Assembly: GCA_036012755.1 (NCBI GenBank) | Contig: DASCPX010000070.1 | Coordinates: forward strand, 79,034 to 143,033 | Source: Myxococcota bacterium | GTDB lineage: Bacteria; Myxococcota_A; UBA796; CAJQPC01 | Direction: 5' to 3' | DNA length: 64,000 nt | Part shown: positions 33,838 to 42,764 of the stretch, piece after piece | Layout: every line of letters begins with the position of its first letter | Position numbering within the stretch: the stretch's first letter is position 1 | Program-made: the position numbers and the translations under genes | The notes under the pieces: generated by a model | What the model saw: the letters and a program-made list of their open reading frames with translations, nothing else | Told to the model about the DNA's origin: nothing | The model's database searches: none

Positions 33838-35099
33838 GGCACGACGCAGGGTCCGAACTCGCCCTCCAGTGCGGGACCGAGCTCGTCTTCGAGGATCACG
33901 TCGACCTCGAAGGGAAAGGACAGCGAGATCCCCCAGTCGTCCTGGACCAGGGACAGGGTGCGAAAGGTCTGGGCTGTGTGGCCGGCGTCGAAGGCGCCGC
34001 TCTGGCCGGTGGGCTCCCAGTCTGGCCAGTCGACCTCGAAGAGCTGGCCGGCGCGGGTGCACTCGGTGATGTCCGGGTTCTCGCAGCCGCTGTCGACGAC
34101 GAAGAGCCGGTCCCCCTCTGGAGCCAGCTCGATCTCCCGGACGAAGCCGAAGCCCTCGAGCCCCTCTGGCAGGATGCCGTCGCCAAGGTAGATCGGGCCG
34201 TCCAGGTCGAACTCGGCGACGCCCACGGAGCCGTGGAAGCCCTCGTAGGACTCGCTGGCGCCCAGGCTGTGGGCGTAGACGAGGAAGCGCTCGCCCCCGA
34301 CCTCCATGATCTTGCCGTGGTGGACCGCTGCGATGAAGCCCTCTGGCGGGTAGGACCAGGCGTGCTGTGGGTCGCTGGGATCTGTGACGTCCCACAGCAC
34401 GATGCGGCCGGTGTTGCGCGAGGCGACGTCGGGGAAGTCTCCGCTCTTGAAGGTGGTGAGCAGCCAGGTGCGGCCGTCCTCTTCGAAGAGCTCGACGTTG
34501 TTCGCGTAGAGGAAGCCGTCCCACGCGGGGTGCTCGTCGTCGAGCACGGCGTAGACCTGCGGCGGGTCGCCCGGGAGCAGCCAGACCACCCGGGAGCTCA
34601 GGGTGTCGGCGAGGACGAGGTAGCGCCCGTCGGGGCTCGGCGTCGTCACGTGGGTCATGTTCAGGTGGCAGTCCCCGCTCCACCCGTCGCTGTCGATGCA
34701 GGCGCCGTCCCGGTAGCCCGGGAGGTGCTCGTCGTAGGCCAGGGTCTCGATCTCCCAGATCGTCGACGGCGGGTGACCCGGTTCGAAGGCGGTGACGTAG
34801 CCGGGCAGGCCGCTCTCGATGTCCGTGTCGCGCCGGGCCCAGGTCAGCCTCAGCGACTCGAGACCGTCCTCGAAGGCGTAGTCGACGCCGAAGGGCAGGC
34901 ACTCTGCGATCTTGCTGCTCTTGGCCGGGCGGCAGAGCTCCGGGGCGAGCTCGAACATGCACTGGGTGCCGCGCACGACGTACTCGTTGCGGTCGATCAA
35001 GGTGAGCTGCGAGCGCCCGGTCTCTACCAACAAGAGCGCGTCGCCGGAGGGGGGCTCCGGGTCGGGTCTGCAAGAGAGGCCGGTGAGGATGAGCAGCAT
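33834..35099 (-). CDS. lipoprotein, beta-propeller-like, unknown function
   Basis: ATG 35099 (MLLILTGLSC) shares one nt with the upstream stop (TGATG). Alternative GTG 35132 would add MGPPLRVRRPL. Confidence 0.65.
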   Translation of the reverse strand: MLLILTGLSCRPDPEPPSGDALLLVETGRSQLTLIDRNEYVVRGTQCMFELAPELCRPAKSSKIAECLPFGVDYAFEDGLESLRLTWARRDTDIESGLPGYVTAFEPGHPPSTIWEIETLAYDEHLPGYRDGACIDSDGWSGDCHLNMTHVTTPSPDGRYLVLADTLSSRVVWLLPGDPPQVYAVLDDEHPAWDGFLYANNVELFEEDGRTWLLTTFKSGDFPDVASRNTGRIVLWDVTDPSDPQHAWSYPPEGFIAAVHHGKIMEVGGERFLVYAHSLGASESYEGFHGSVGVAEFDLDGPIYLGDGILPEGLEGFGFVREIELAPEGDRLFVVDSGCENPDITECTRAGQLFEVDWPDWEPTGQSGAFDAGHTAQTFRTLSLVQDDWGISLSFPFEVDVILEDELGPALEGEFGPCVVP

Positions 35100-36928
35100 C
35101 AAGGGTCGTCGAACTCGGAGGGGAGGGCCCACTCGGTCGTGCCGTCGAGCACGAAGCGGGCGTGGACATCGAAGAGCCAGGCTTGGAGCCTCGCCCCTCC
35201 ACAGTCACCCGACCAGAGCCGGCCGTCCACGGTGCACCCTTCTGTGTAGTCCCAGGCGCCGAGATCCGGAAGGTGGAAGGTCCAGGTTCCGTCCTCGGCG
35301 GCCAGCGCGCGGTGCAGCAGCAGGTCCAGCACGATGATGTCCTCGTCGTCGAGGATCTGACCGCCGCCGCGGCCCAGCTGCTGGCACTCCCGCAGGAAGA
35401 GGTTCGCGCAGCCGCCCTGGGAGAAGGCCGGGATGTTGTCGCCGGCGTGCAGCGAGGCCTGTCCCTCGGTCCACGGGGCAGTGAGCTCATCGAGGCGCTG
35501 TGGCCACTGGTCCTTGCTGCGCGGGTCGGTGTGGTGGGCGATCTCCGGCAGGACCGACATGCCGAAGAAGACGAAGCGCAGCGGGAGGTCGGTCTCCGCG
35601 AGGGCGTCGGACCAGGACAGGCCGAGGTCCTCGACCGGCGACAGACCGCTCACCCAGGTCGGCTCGCTGAGCTCGCGGATCGCCTCTGCCTCGGAGAGGA
35701 GGAAGTCCGCAGCGCAGGCCTCGTCGTCGCACTCCTCCGGCTCCTCGTGAAAGAGCACGCCGACCTCTGTCCTCTCGTCATTCCAGACGGGCTCGAAGGC
35801 CTCGCGCACCCCGCAGCTCTGGGCGCGCCGAGACAGGTGCGGCGTGATGCCCAGGGCCACGCTGGCGGGGAGGTCGTCCAGCAGGCAGCGGTTCTCGGCA
35901 GCGGTCTCGACCAGGCGGGTGACGGTCTCGCAGTCCTCGTTCTCGGCCGGGCTGCGGGGCTGCTCGGCGAAGGCGGCGATCGCGATCTGCAGGCCACCGA
36001 GGCGCGTCTCGTCGAAGTGGACGGCGACCGCTGTGTCCTGCAACAGGGCGATCTCAGGGCCGCGGAGGTCGAGGTCCACGGCGGCGCCCGGGTAGAGCTC
36101 GCCGTCGAGCCAGATGCCGTCGGGGGTGGTGAGCGCGACGTGGTCGCCGTCGGCGGCGACCGGGCCCAGGGCGCTCAGGGACGTGGTGCTCCCCGTGGCG
36201 ATCTCGTAGAGGCCGACGGTCGTGGTCGCGAAGCCGGGGGCAAGCCCCAGGACATCGAGCTCGACGAGGCCCTCTGGGCTCCACAGGCCCTCGGCGACGT
36301 GGACGACACCGTCCTCGACGGCCAGGGCGGTCGAGGGCAGCGCGTGCACCTCCAGCTCGGCGCCGTCGAGGGCCCGGATCTCGAGTGAGTCCCCGGCGAT
36401 CCAGAGCTGGTCTTCGTAGACATCGATCATCCCCGGGGCGACCTCGGCGATGTGCTCGGGGCGGAGGTGGTCCCAGGGGTTGTCGAGGCGGGGATTGGCG
36501 TCGGCGCGCCAGAGGCCACCGTCTGTCGTCACCACGAAGACCTCGCCATCACCGACGGCAAGGTCGACGGGCTCGGAGTCGAAGACCCAGGCCCCCCGGC
36601 GCAGGTAGACCTCGCCCTCGGCGCAGCGGCCCTGGCGTCCCTCTGTCTCGAACTGGGGCCAGTCCTCCGTGTCGAGGCAGGCTGGGGCAGCGCTCTGGTG
36701 CCAGCGGCTGTCGAAGACGTGGACGCGATCCCCGTCCAGCACCAGGGCGAGAGGGTGTGTCTCGAGGAGCTCGATGCGGCTCGGCGCGATGGGATCCTCG
36801 ATGGGGGCCTCGAGCAAGGCACGGAAGGGCTCTCGCTCGATGGGGGCGAGCTCGGCCCAGGGCTCCGGCACGACCGGATCGGAGTCCGGCGTGGCGGCGG
36901 GTCGACAGGCCAGCGACAAGAGCAGCAA
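35099..36928 (-). CDS. lipoprotein, 609 aa, unknown function
   Basis: TTG start 36928 (MLLLSLAC), 17 nt after the radical SAM stop. Cys-rich C-terminal half. Confidence 0.65.
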   Translation of the reverse strand: MLLLSLACRPAATPDSDPVVPEPWAELAPIEREPFRALLEAPIEDPIAPSRIELLETHPLALVLDGDRVHVFDSRWHQSAAPACLDTEDWPQFETEGRQGRCAEGEVYLRRGAWVFDSEPVDLAVGDGEVFVVTTDGGLWRADANPRLDNPWDHLRPEHIAEVAPGMIDVYEDQLWIAGDSLEIRALDGAELEVHALPSTALAVEDGVVHVAEGLWSPEGLVELDVLGLAPGFATTTVGLYEIATGSTTSLSALGPVAADGDHVALTTPDGIWLDGELYPGAAVDLDLRGPEIALLQDTAVAVHFDETRLGGLQIAIAAFAEQPRSPAENEDCETVTRLVETAAENRCLLDDLPASVALGITPHLSRRAQSCGVREAFEPVWNDERTEVGVLFHEEPEECDDEACAADFLLSEAEAIRELSEPTWVSGLSPVEDLGLSWSDALAETDLPLRFVFFGMSVLPEIAHHTDPRSKDQWPQRLDELTAPWTEGQASLHAGDNIPAFSQGGCANLFLRECQQLGRGGGQILDDEDIIVLDLLLHRALAAEDGTWTFHLPDLGAWDYTEGCTVDGRLWSGDCGGARLQAWLFDVHARFVLDGTTEWALPSEFDDP

Positions 36929-36945
36929 GGCCTCAGTCTAGCCGC

Positions 36946-38970
36946 TCAGACCTGGAGCAGCCCGATGCGCCTCAGGTCCGGCCAGAAGGCCTCGGCAGAT
37001 GCGGGGCAGGTAGCCACGGCCTCATTGACCGACAGCGGTTCGGTCCCTGGCCTGGCGGCCTCGAGGACCTCGGTGAGCCAGTCGAGCACGTCCGCCTCAG
37101 CGCTGATCAGCGTCCTGCCCCAGCGTCCGTGAAGGGCCAGGGCGCCGTCCTCGTCGAGGGGCTCGCCGCCGATCCAGACGAGCTGACTCCCGCCCTCGGA
37201 CCGGGGCACGTGGAGGGCGCGGTGGATGCGGTCGGGGGCCTCGGTCGTGCCTGGCAGGGGGTGCTCCAGATCCTCACCCTTCATCCAGCGGCCCAGCCAG
37301 CGCGGCAAGAGCGCATCGAAGCGGTCGTGGTCACCGCCGGCTGGGTCCAAGTGGTCTATATCGTTGGCAGCAAAGGCCGCCGGCTGGTCCTGGATCTCGA
37401 CACCGTAGCGAGCCGGATCCTGGAAGATCGGCGCGTGTCGCGTCAGGACGAAGCGGTGCCAGAATGCCGAGTCCAGTGCGCCCTCGTTGAACAATTGCCG
37501 AACGATCTCCGCACTATCCAGCGTCTCCTGGTCGCTCTGGGACGGGAAGCCGTACATGAGGTAGGCGTGCACCATGACGCCGGCGTAGCGGAAGTTGCGA
37601 GCGGCGCGGGCCACCTGCTCTACGGTGACGCCCTTGTCCATGAGTTCGAGGATGCGCGTGTTGGCCGCCTCGAGACCTCCCGTCACGGCCACGAGCCCGC
37701 TGGCGGCTAGCAACCTGCAGAGATCGTAGGAGAATGCCGTCTCGAACCTGATGTTGCCCCACCAGGTCGCTTGCACGCCACGGCCCAGCAACTCCAGGGC
37801 GAGGGCCTTCATGCCGCGGGGCGGCGCGGCCTCGTCGACGAAGTGGAAGCCCCGCCGGCCGCTCTGGACGATGCGCTCCTCCATCGCGTCCACGAGGCGC
37901 TCGGTGGAGGCTGCCTGGTAGCGGTTGATGTAGTCGAGCTCGACGTCGCAGAAGGTGCAGCGGCGCCAGTAGCAGCCGTGGGCGAGCGTGATCTTGCTCC
38001 AGCGCCCGTCCGCCCAGAGGCGGTGGGCCGGATTGAGCCTGTCGATAAGGTCCAGGTACCTGAGATCGTCGAGCTCTCCATACCAGCCGGCGCAGGTCAT
38101 CGAGGACGAGGGCTGCTCCATCCGGAGCACTCCAGCGGCTGTCCGGGTGCGATGCCGGTCGTCCTCGCCGGTCTCGCGGTGTTTGATCAGGGCGAGCAGG
38201 GGCTCCTCGCCGTCGTCGTAGGTGAGGGCGTCGACGCAGTGCCAGAGCCGAGGCTCGTCGACCTCGCGCAGCTCGGTGTTGATGTAGCCGCCGCCCATCC
38301 AGACCTCGGCGCCGCGCGCCCGCAGTCGCCGACCGAGGCGCAGTGCCCCGTACAGGCTCCCGGGGAAGGGCACGCTCAGGCCGACGACCTCGGTGTCGAT
38401 CGTGTCGGCGAGCTCATCCAGCAGCTCGTCCACCACGCTGGTCATCTCCAGGCGGCTCCACAGGTCGTCGAAGCTGGCCGGACCGACGGCGAGATGGTGC
38501 TGGTAGCGCGCGAGGCCGAAGCCATCGTCGACACAGGTCGTGACGAGGTCGGCGAGGTCTTCGAGATAGAGCGTCGCCATGTGGCGGGCGGCGTCTTGGC
38601 CCGACATGCGCCCGAAGTGACTGAGATCGTTGTTGTCCAGCCTGGGTCCACCGGGAAGAGCGCCGGAGAGGATGCGGGGACCAAAGCTGCGGTCGAGGCC
38701 TTGGAGGAAGCGAACGAGCGGCTCGACGACCTCCAGGTGCTGCTCGCGCATGGACAGGGCGCGCCAGGCAGGCTCGGGGAGGTCCTCTGGCAGTGCCTCG
38801 AAGATCCTCGTGAGCCCCTCGCGAGAGAAGAGCCGCAGCGCGAGCTCCAGCCCGAGATCCCGCTGGACGCAGGCGACGCCGTGGTCCCGCAGAAAGGCCG
38901 CGAGGTAGGCGGTCGAGGGATAGGGCGTGTTGAGCTGGGACAGCGGCGGCAGGACGAGGGTGAGGGTCAC
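36946..38970 (-). CDS. B12-binding-domain radical SAM protein (674 aa)
   Basis: GTG 38970 in a GTGA overlap with the GT2 stop. N-terminal B12-type Rossmann region (LVLPPLSQLNTPYPSTAYLAAFLRDHG). Cluster motif HGCYWRRCTFC. GGLE and MYGFP blocks. Confidence 0.85.
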   Translation of the reverse strand: MTLTLVLPPLSQLNTPYPSTAYLAAFLRDHGVACVQRDLGLELALRLFSREGLTRIFEALPEDLPEPAWRALSMREQHLEVVEPLVRFLQGLDRSFGPRILSGALPGGPRLDNNDLSHFGRMSGQDAARHMATLYLEDLADLVTTCVDDGFGLARYQHHLAVGPASFDDLWSRLEMTSVVDELLDELADTIDTEVVGLSVPFPGSLYGALRLGRRLRARGAEVWMGGGYINTELREVDEPRLWHCVDALTYDDGEEPLLALIKHRETGEDDRHRTRTAAGVLRMEQPSSSMTCAGWYGELDDLRYLDLIDRLNPAHRLWADGRWSKITLAHGCYWRRCTFCDVELDYINRYQAASTERLVDAMEERIVQSGRRGFHFVDEAAPPRGMKALALELLGRGVQATWWGNIRFETAFSYDLCRLLAASGLVAVTGGLEAANTRILELMDKGVTVEQVARAARNFRYAGVMVHAYLMYGFPSQSDQETLDSAEIVRQLFNEGALDSAFWHRFVLTRHAPIFQDPARYGVEIQDQPAAFAANDIDHLDPAGGDHDRFDALLPRWLGRWMKGEDLEHPLPGTTEAPDRIHRALHVPRSEGGSQLVWIGGEPLDEDGALALHGRWGRTLISAEADVLDWLTEVLEAARPGTEPLSVNEAVATCPASAEAFWPDLRRIGLLQV

Positions 38971-39617
38971 CGCAGGCCCTCTCGCAGGGTGCGCGCCGTC
39001 ATGCCGCCCAGGTAGCGCAGGGCGCCGCGGTCGTGCATGGAGGCCCCGCCCGAGCGCGGTCGCATGTTCACGGGGACCTCTCGGATGAGCAGGTCGTTGC
39101 GCCTCGCGAGCACGAAGATGTTGGCGTCGGCGTAGTCCTCTGGGAAGCACTCGGCGAAGACCCCGACCGCTCTGGGGCTCAGGGCCTGGAAGCCGCTGGT
39201 GACGTCCCGGATGCGCTGGCCGATCAAGGCCATCGTGAGCCAGGACAGCCCCTCGATGGCGACCCGACGGCGCAGCGACATCCGGTAGCCCGAGGGCTCG
39301 AGGAAGCGGGAGCCGATGACCAGGTCGGCCTCTCGGAGACCCTCGCGCAACAGCGGGATGGCCTCTGCCGGGTGCTGTCCGTCTGCGTCGAGCTGCACTA
39401 CCGCTGATCCCTGGAGGTGGCGATAGCCGGCCTTGAGCGCCTGGGCGTACCCGGCATCGGACTCCATGACCTCTGCGCCGGCGGCTCGGGCCTGCTCGGC
39501 CGTGTCGTCGATGCAGCCGTTGACGACGACGAGGACGCCCTCGACGTGTGCGCTCGCAGCCCGGACGACCTCGCCGACGCGGGGACCCTCGTTTCGCGCC
39601 GGGATGAGCGCGAACAC
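38967..39617 (-). CDS. family 2 glycosyltransferase (polyprenyl-phosphate glycosyltransferase-like)
   Basis: GTG start directly abuts the upstream TAG. IPARNEG…, the DXD motif QLDADGQH, and the typical short GT2 length of 216 aa. Confidence 0.85.
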   Translation of the reverse strand: MFALIPARNEGPRVGEVVRAASAHVEGVLVVVNGCIDDTAEQARAAGAEVMESDAGYAQALKAGYRHLQGSAVVQLDADGQHPAEAIPLLREGLREADLVIGSRFLEPSGYRMSLRRRVAIEGLSWLTMALIGQRIRDVTSGFQALSPRAVGVFAECFPEDYADANIFVLARRNDLLIREVPVNMRPRSGGASMHDRGALRYLGGMTARTLREGLR

Positions 39618-40475
39618 CTACAGGAGCCAGTGACGGCCGCGACCCTCTGGGGCTTCGAGCACGTCGCCGGAGGCGTCGAGCCATCGGGCTCGGTTCTCTC
39701 CGACGATGCGGAAGCGCCGTCGCCAGATGAGGGTGCCGCCGTCTCGGATCTCGAGCTCCAGCCTCACCTGCTCTGCAGGGGGTTGCACGGCGGTGTCGCG
39801 GGCGCGGCTGAACACGCCGACCGCCATGGTCCCGGGCTCCTGCGCCAGGCGGATGGCGAGGTCGCCAGCGGCGTGCTCGTCGCAGTCGCGAGGCAAGAGC
39901 CGGACCTCGAGCTTGTTCTCCTGGAGCCGCACGACGCTGGGGGGCACGAAGCCATGGCTGACGAAGAAGGACTCCATGAGGTGCCCGGCCATGCGGGCGA
40001 CGTCCTGTTCGGTGGCTCCCTCGGGGACGTCCTGAACAGCGGCGGGCGCGATGGTCTCGTCAGAGTCGCGGAGGAAGCGGATCCGGGCGTTGCGGGGCTT
40101 GGGGAAGAGCGGATGGAGCAGGTCGTGGCCTGGCTCGAGGCCGGCGTGGCGGGTCCAGCCGCCGAGCCAGACGAGATCGTCGGCCCCGATGAAGGGACGG
40201 ACAGCGGCTTCCCAGGAGCCATCGGGGAAGGTGCGCAGCACGAAGACGTGGCGGAGCACTCCCATGCCAGAGGCCAGCACGGCCTCGCCGCAGGTGAAGA
40301 CCCAGGCGATGTCGTCGCGCTCGAGCAGCGTGGTGCCAGCCAGCGCGCACTCCTCTGGATCGAGGTCCGGACGCGAGACGGCGAGCCGCTCCCGCCCTGT
40401 CCCGGCGATGACGGTCCAGGACAGACCCTGGTTGCTCTCGGCGTTGGCCTCCGCCTCTCGCGTCATCCAATCCAT
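39618..40475 (-). CDS. hypothetical protein, first gene of the GT2/radical-SAM operon
   Basis: C-terminal 285 aa of the 937-aa track ORF, from ATG 40475 (alternatives ATG 40466, GTG 40526). GC3-rich with protein-like composition. The upstream part is antisense to DUF2779 and the acyltransferase-like gene. Confidence 0.6.
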   Translation of the reverse strand: MDWMTREAEANAESNQGLSWTVIAGTGRERLAVSRPDLDPEECALAGTTLLERDDIAWVFTCGEAVLASGMGVLRHVFVLRTFPDGSWEAAVRPFIGADDLVWLGGWTRHAGLEPGHDLLHPLFPKPRNARIRFLRDSDETIAPAAVQDVPEGATEQDVARMAGHLMESFFVSHGFVPPSVVRLQENKLEVRLLPRDCDEHAAGDLAIRLAQEPGTMAVGVFSRARDTAVQPPAEQVRLELEIRDGGTLIWRRRFRIVGENRARWLDASGDVLEAPEGRGRHWLL

Positions 40476-40688
40476 GGGGTCGCCCTCGGGCAACGGGAAG
40501 CGCGTCAGAGGTAGCACGAGGTCCACGGCTCGATCGTAGCAGGCCGGGCCCGAGGGCAGGATCGCGGGGGGCGCGTGTTGGCGGTCGGGAGTGGCTACCG
40601 TCAACCCGGGGGCGCTACGTGGAGGTCCCCCTTGGGCCCCTGACACGGAGCCCTGGGACGTCGACGCCGCCTTCGAGGAGCTCTTGTC

Positions 40689-41483
40689 ATGGCCTACCAC
40701 CGCGACCGCGACATCACTAGCGAGATCCCCGGCTTTCGGCGAATGCTGGCGCACGTGACCCCCTCCCGGGTCCACGCGCAGGTCACCTATGTCCAGACCC
40801 TCGATGTCACCCGCACCCTGGCTTGGATGCGTGAGCGTGACGAGCCGGTGACGCTGCTCCATGTCTTCACCGCAGCGGCGGCCCGGCTGTTCCACGGACG
40901 ACCCCGGCTGAACCGCTACGTCACGGGCACGCGGTTCTTCCAACGGGACGGCGTGAGGGTCAGCCTGTCCGCGAAGAAGTCGATGAAGGACGGCGCGCCA
41001 CTGGTGGTGATCCCACTGGAGCTGCCGGCGGACGCCGACCCGGTGATGGTGGGCGCCCTGCTCCGGGAGCGCCTCGACCCGCCTCGTCGCGGCGAGGTCA
41101 TGCGGCAGGAGAAGGAGAACGCCCTGCTGCTGAAGATCCCGGGCTTCCTGATGGGCCCGCTCCTGGCGCTGGCGATGTGGCTCGACCGTCGCCACTGGCT
41201 GCCCAAGGCGCTGGTCGATCCAGATCCGTTGTTCTGCTCCCTGTTCATCGCGAACCTCGGCTCTGTCGGCCTGGAGGTCGCGCACCACCACCTCTTCGAG
41301 TGGGGAAACTGCCCCTTCTTCGCCGTCATCGGCCGCATCCACGAAGAGGACGGTCGGGCCGAGGTCCAGGTCGGTTGGACCTTCGACGAGCGGGTCGAGG
41401 ACGGCATGGCCTGCGCCTTGGCGATGAAGGACCTCCAGGCGCTCGTCGAGGATCCAGCGGGCTTCGCGGTGGTCTCCGCGTAG
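40689..41483 (+). CDS. 2-oxoacid dehydrogenase acyltransferase-like protein with a degenerate active site
   Basis: Same layout as the gene at 1..815, including the hydrophobic insert (IPGFLMGPLLALAMWL). FDERVEDG stands in place of DHRFIDG. Confidence 0.65.
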   Translation: MAYHRDRDITSEIPGFRRMLAHVTPSRVHAQVTYVQTLDVTRTLAWMRERDEPVTLLHVFTAAAARLFHGRPRLNRYVTGTRFFQRDGVRVSLSAKKSMKDGAPLVVIPLELPADADPVMVGALLRERLDPPRRGEVMRQEKENALLLKIPGFLMGPLLALAMWLDRRHWLPKALVDPDPLFCSLFIANLGSVGLEVAHHHLFEWGNCPFFAVIGRIHEEDGRAEVQVGWTFDERVEDGMACALAMKDLQALVEDPAGFAVVSA

Positions 41484-41492
41484 AGTGCCTCG

Positions 41493-42764
41493 ATGAGGAT
41501 CGGACTCGTGGTCTCCGGCGCCCAGTGCCGGCGGCGCCAGTGGCTGGAGGTCAACAGTCCCGTCGAGGGTCGGAACCTGCGCGCCTCTACGACGAACAGC
41601 CGGCGCCTGCGCGAGGCCATCCGGGGCAGCGTGTCCGGGCGCTTCGACGAGGTCTTCGAGGCGGAGGGCATCCGTGTCCGCGCCGACTTGCTGGAGGAGC
41701 TCGATGGAGGGCTCGGGCTGCGCAGGTTCCGGGCGGCGACGCGGCGGCGGCCCTGGCATGTCGATGAGCTCGCGCTGCAGGTCCACGTCCTGCGTGCCTG
41801 CGGCCTCCGGGTGGTCAGCGCCCAGCTCTGGCGCCTGAACCGGCGGTATCGGCGAGGGTCGGAGCTGGACGTCATGGCCGCGCTGAAGCGCCTCGAGGTG
41901 ATCGACCAGGTCGACGCCCGGCTCGAGGCGTGGATCGAGCGCCTGCCCGAGCTGGCCGTGCTGCCTGCAGAGGAGCCGGAGATCGAGGCGGGTCCGCACT
42001 GTACGCGGCCCCGACAGTGTCCCTTCCGGGAGCGCTGCGGGTGGGTCCCGCGTGCCCTCGAGCCGAGCCCCTTGACCGAACGCATCGATCGAGCGCGGGT
42101 GACCGGGGCTCCGGTGGTGGACGCCTCGTTGGCAGAGGACCTCCGAGCCGAGGGGACCGTGCACGCGCTGGACTTCGAGGCCTGGGCGCCGGCCCTGCCG
42201 GCCTTTCCAGGGACCGCACCCTTCGAGTCCGTGGTGGTCCAGTGGTCGCTCCACACGAGGAACGCCTCGGGGCTGGTACACCGGGAGGGGTTCATGGAGC
42301 CGCACTCGGACGGGCGCCGGGCGCTGGTGGAGGCGCTGTTCGACGCCCTCGAAGAGCCAGGTCCGATCTATGTCTTCTCCGAGTTCGAGGGGCGAGCCCT
42401 GGGTCGGATGCGGGAGATGATGTCGGCGCACGCCGAGCGGCTGGAGGCGATCCGTGCCCGCCTCGTGGACCTGCTGCCGCTGCTACGCGAGAAGTACGTG
42501 CACCCCGACTTCGACGGAGCCTTCGGGCTCAAGCGTGTCCTCCCGGTGCTCGTTCCGGGTGAGGGCTACGAAGACCTCGACCTCGATGACGGCGGCGAGG
42601 CGGCGTTGGCCTACGGGGAGCTGGCGGACCCGTCGACGACGGGGCCGAGGCGCCAGCAGATCAGGGAGATGCTGTCGGCCTATTGCGCGCGGGACTCGTG
42701 GGCGCTGTTGCGCATCAGGGAGGCGCTGCTGGCGAAGCTGGGAGTAGGATTCGAGCCATGTTGA
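41493..42764 (+). CDS. DUF2779-domain protein (PD-(D/E)XK/Cas4-like N-terminal part plus RNase-H-like exonuclease part)
   Basis: Cys cluster HCTRPRQCPFRERC. VHALDFEAW…FESVVVQWSLH… and IYVFSEFEGRAL blocks are typical of DUF2779. Confidence 0.75.
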   Translation: MRIGLVVSGAQCRRRQWLEVNSPVEGRNLRASTTNSRRLREAIRGSVSGRFDEVFEAEGIRVRADLLEELDGGLGLRRFRAATRRRPWHVDELALQVHVLRACGLRVVSAQLWRLNRRYRRGSELDVMAALKRLEVIDQVDARLEAWIERLPELAVLPAEEPEIEAGPHCTRPRQCPFRERCGWVPRALEPSPLTERIDRARVTGAPVVDASLAEDLRAEGTVHALDFEAWAPALPAFPGTAPFESVVVQWSLHTRNASGLVHREGFMEPHSDGRRALVEALFDALEEPGPIYVFSEFEGRALGRMREMMSAHAERLEAIRARLVDLLPLLREKYVHPDFDGAFGLKRVLPVLVPGEGYEDLDLDDGGEAALAYGELADPSTTGPRRQQIREMLSAYCARDSWALLRIREALLAKLGVGFEPC

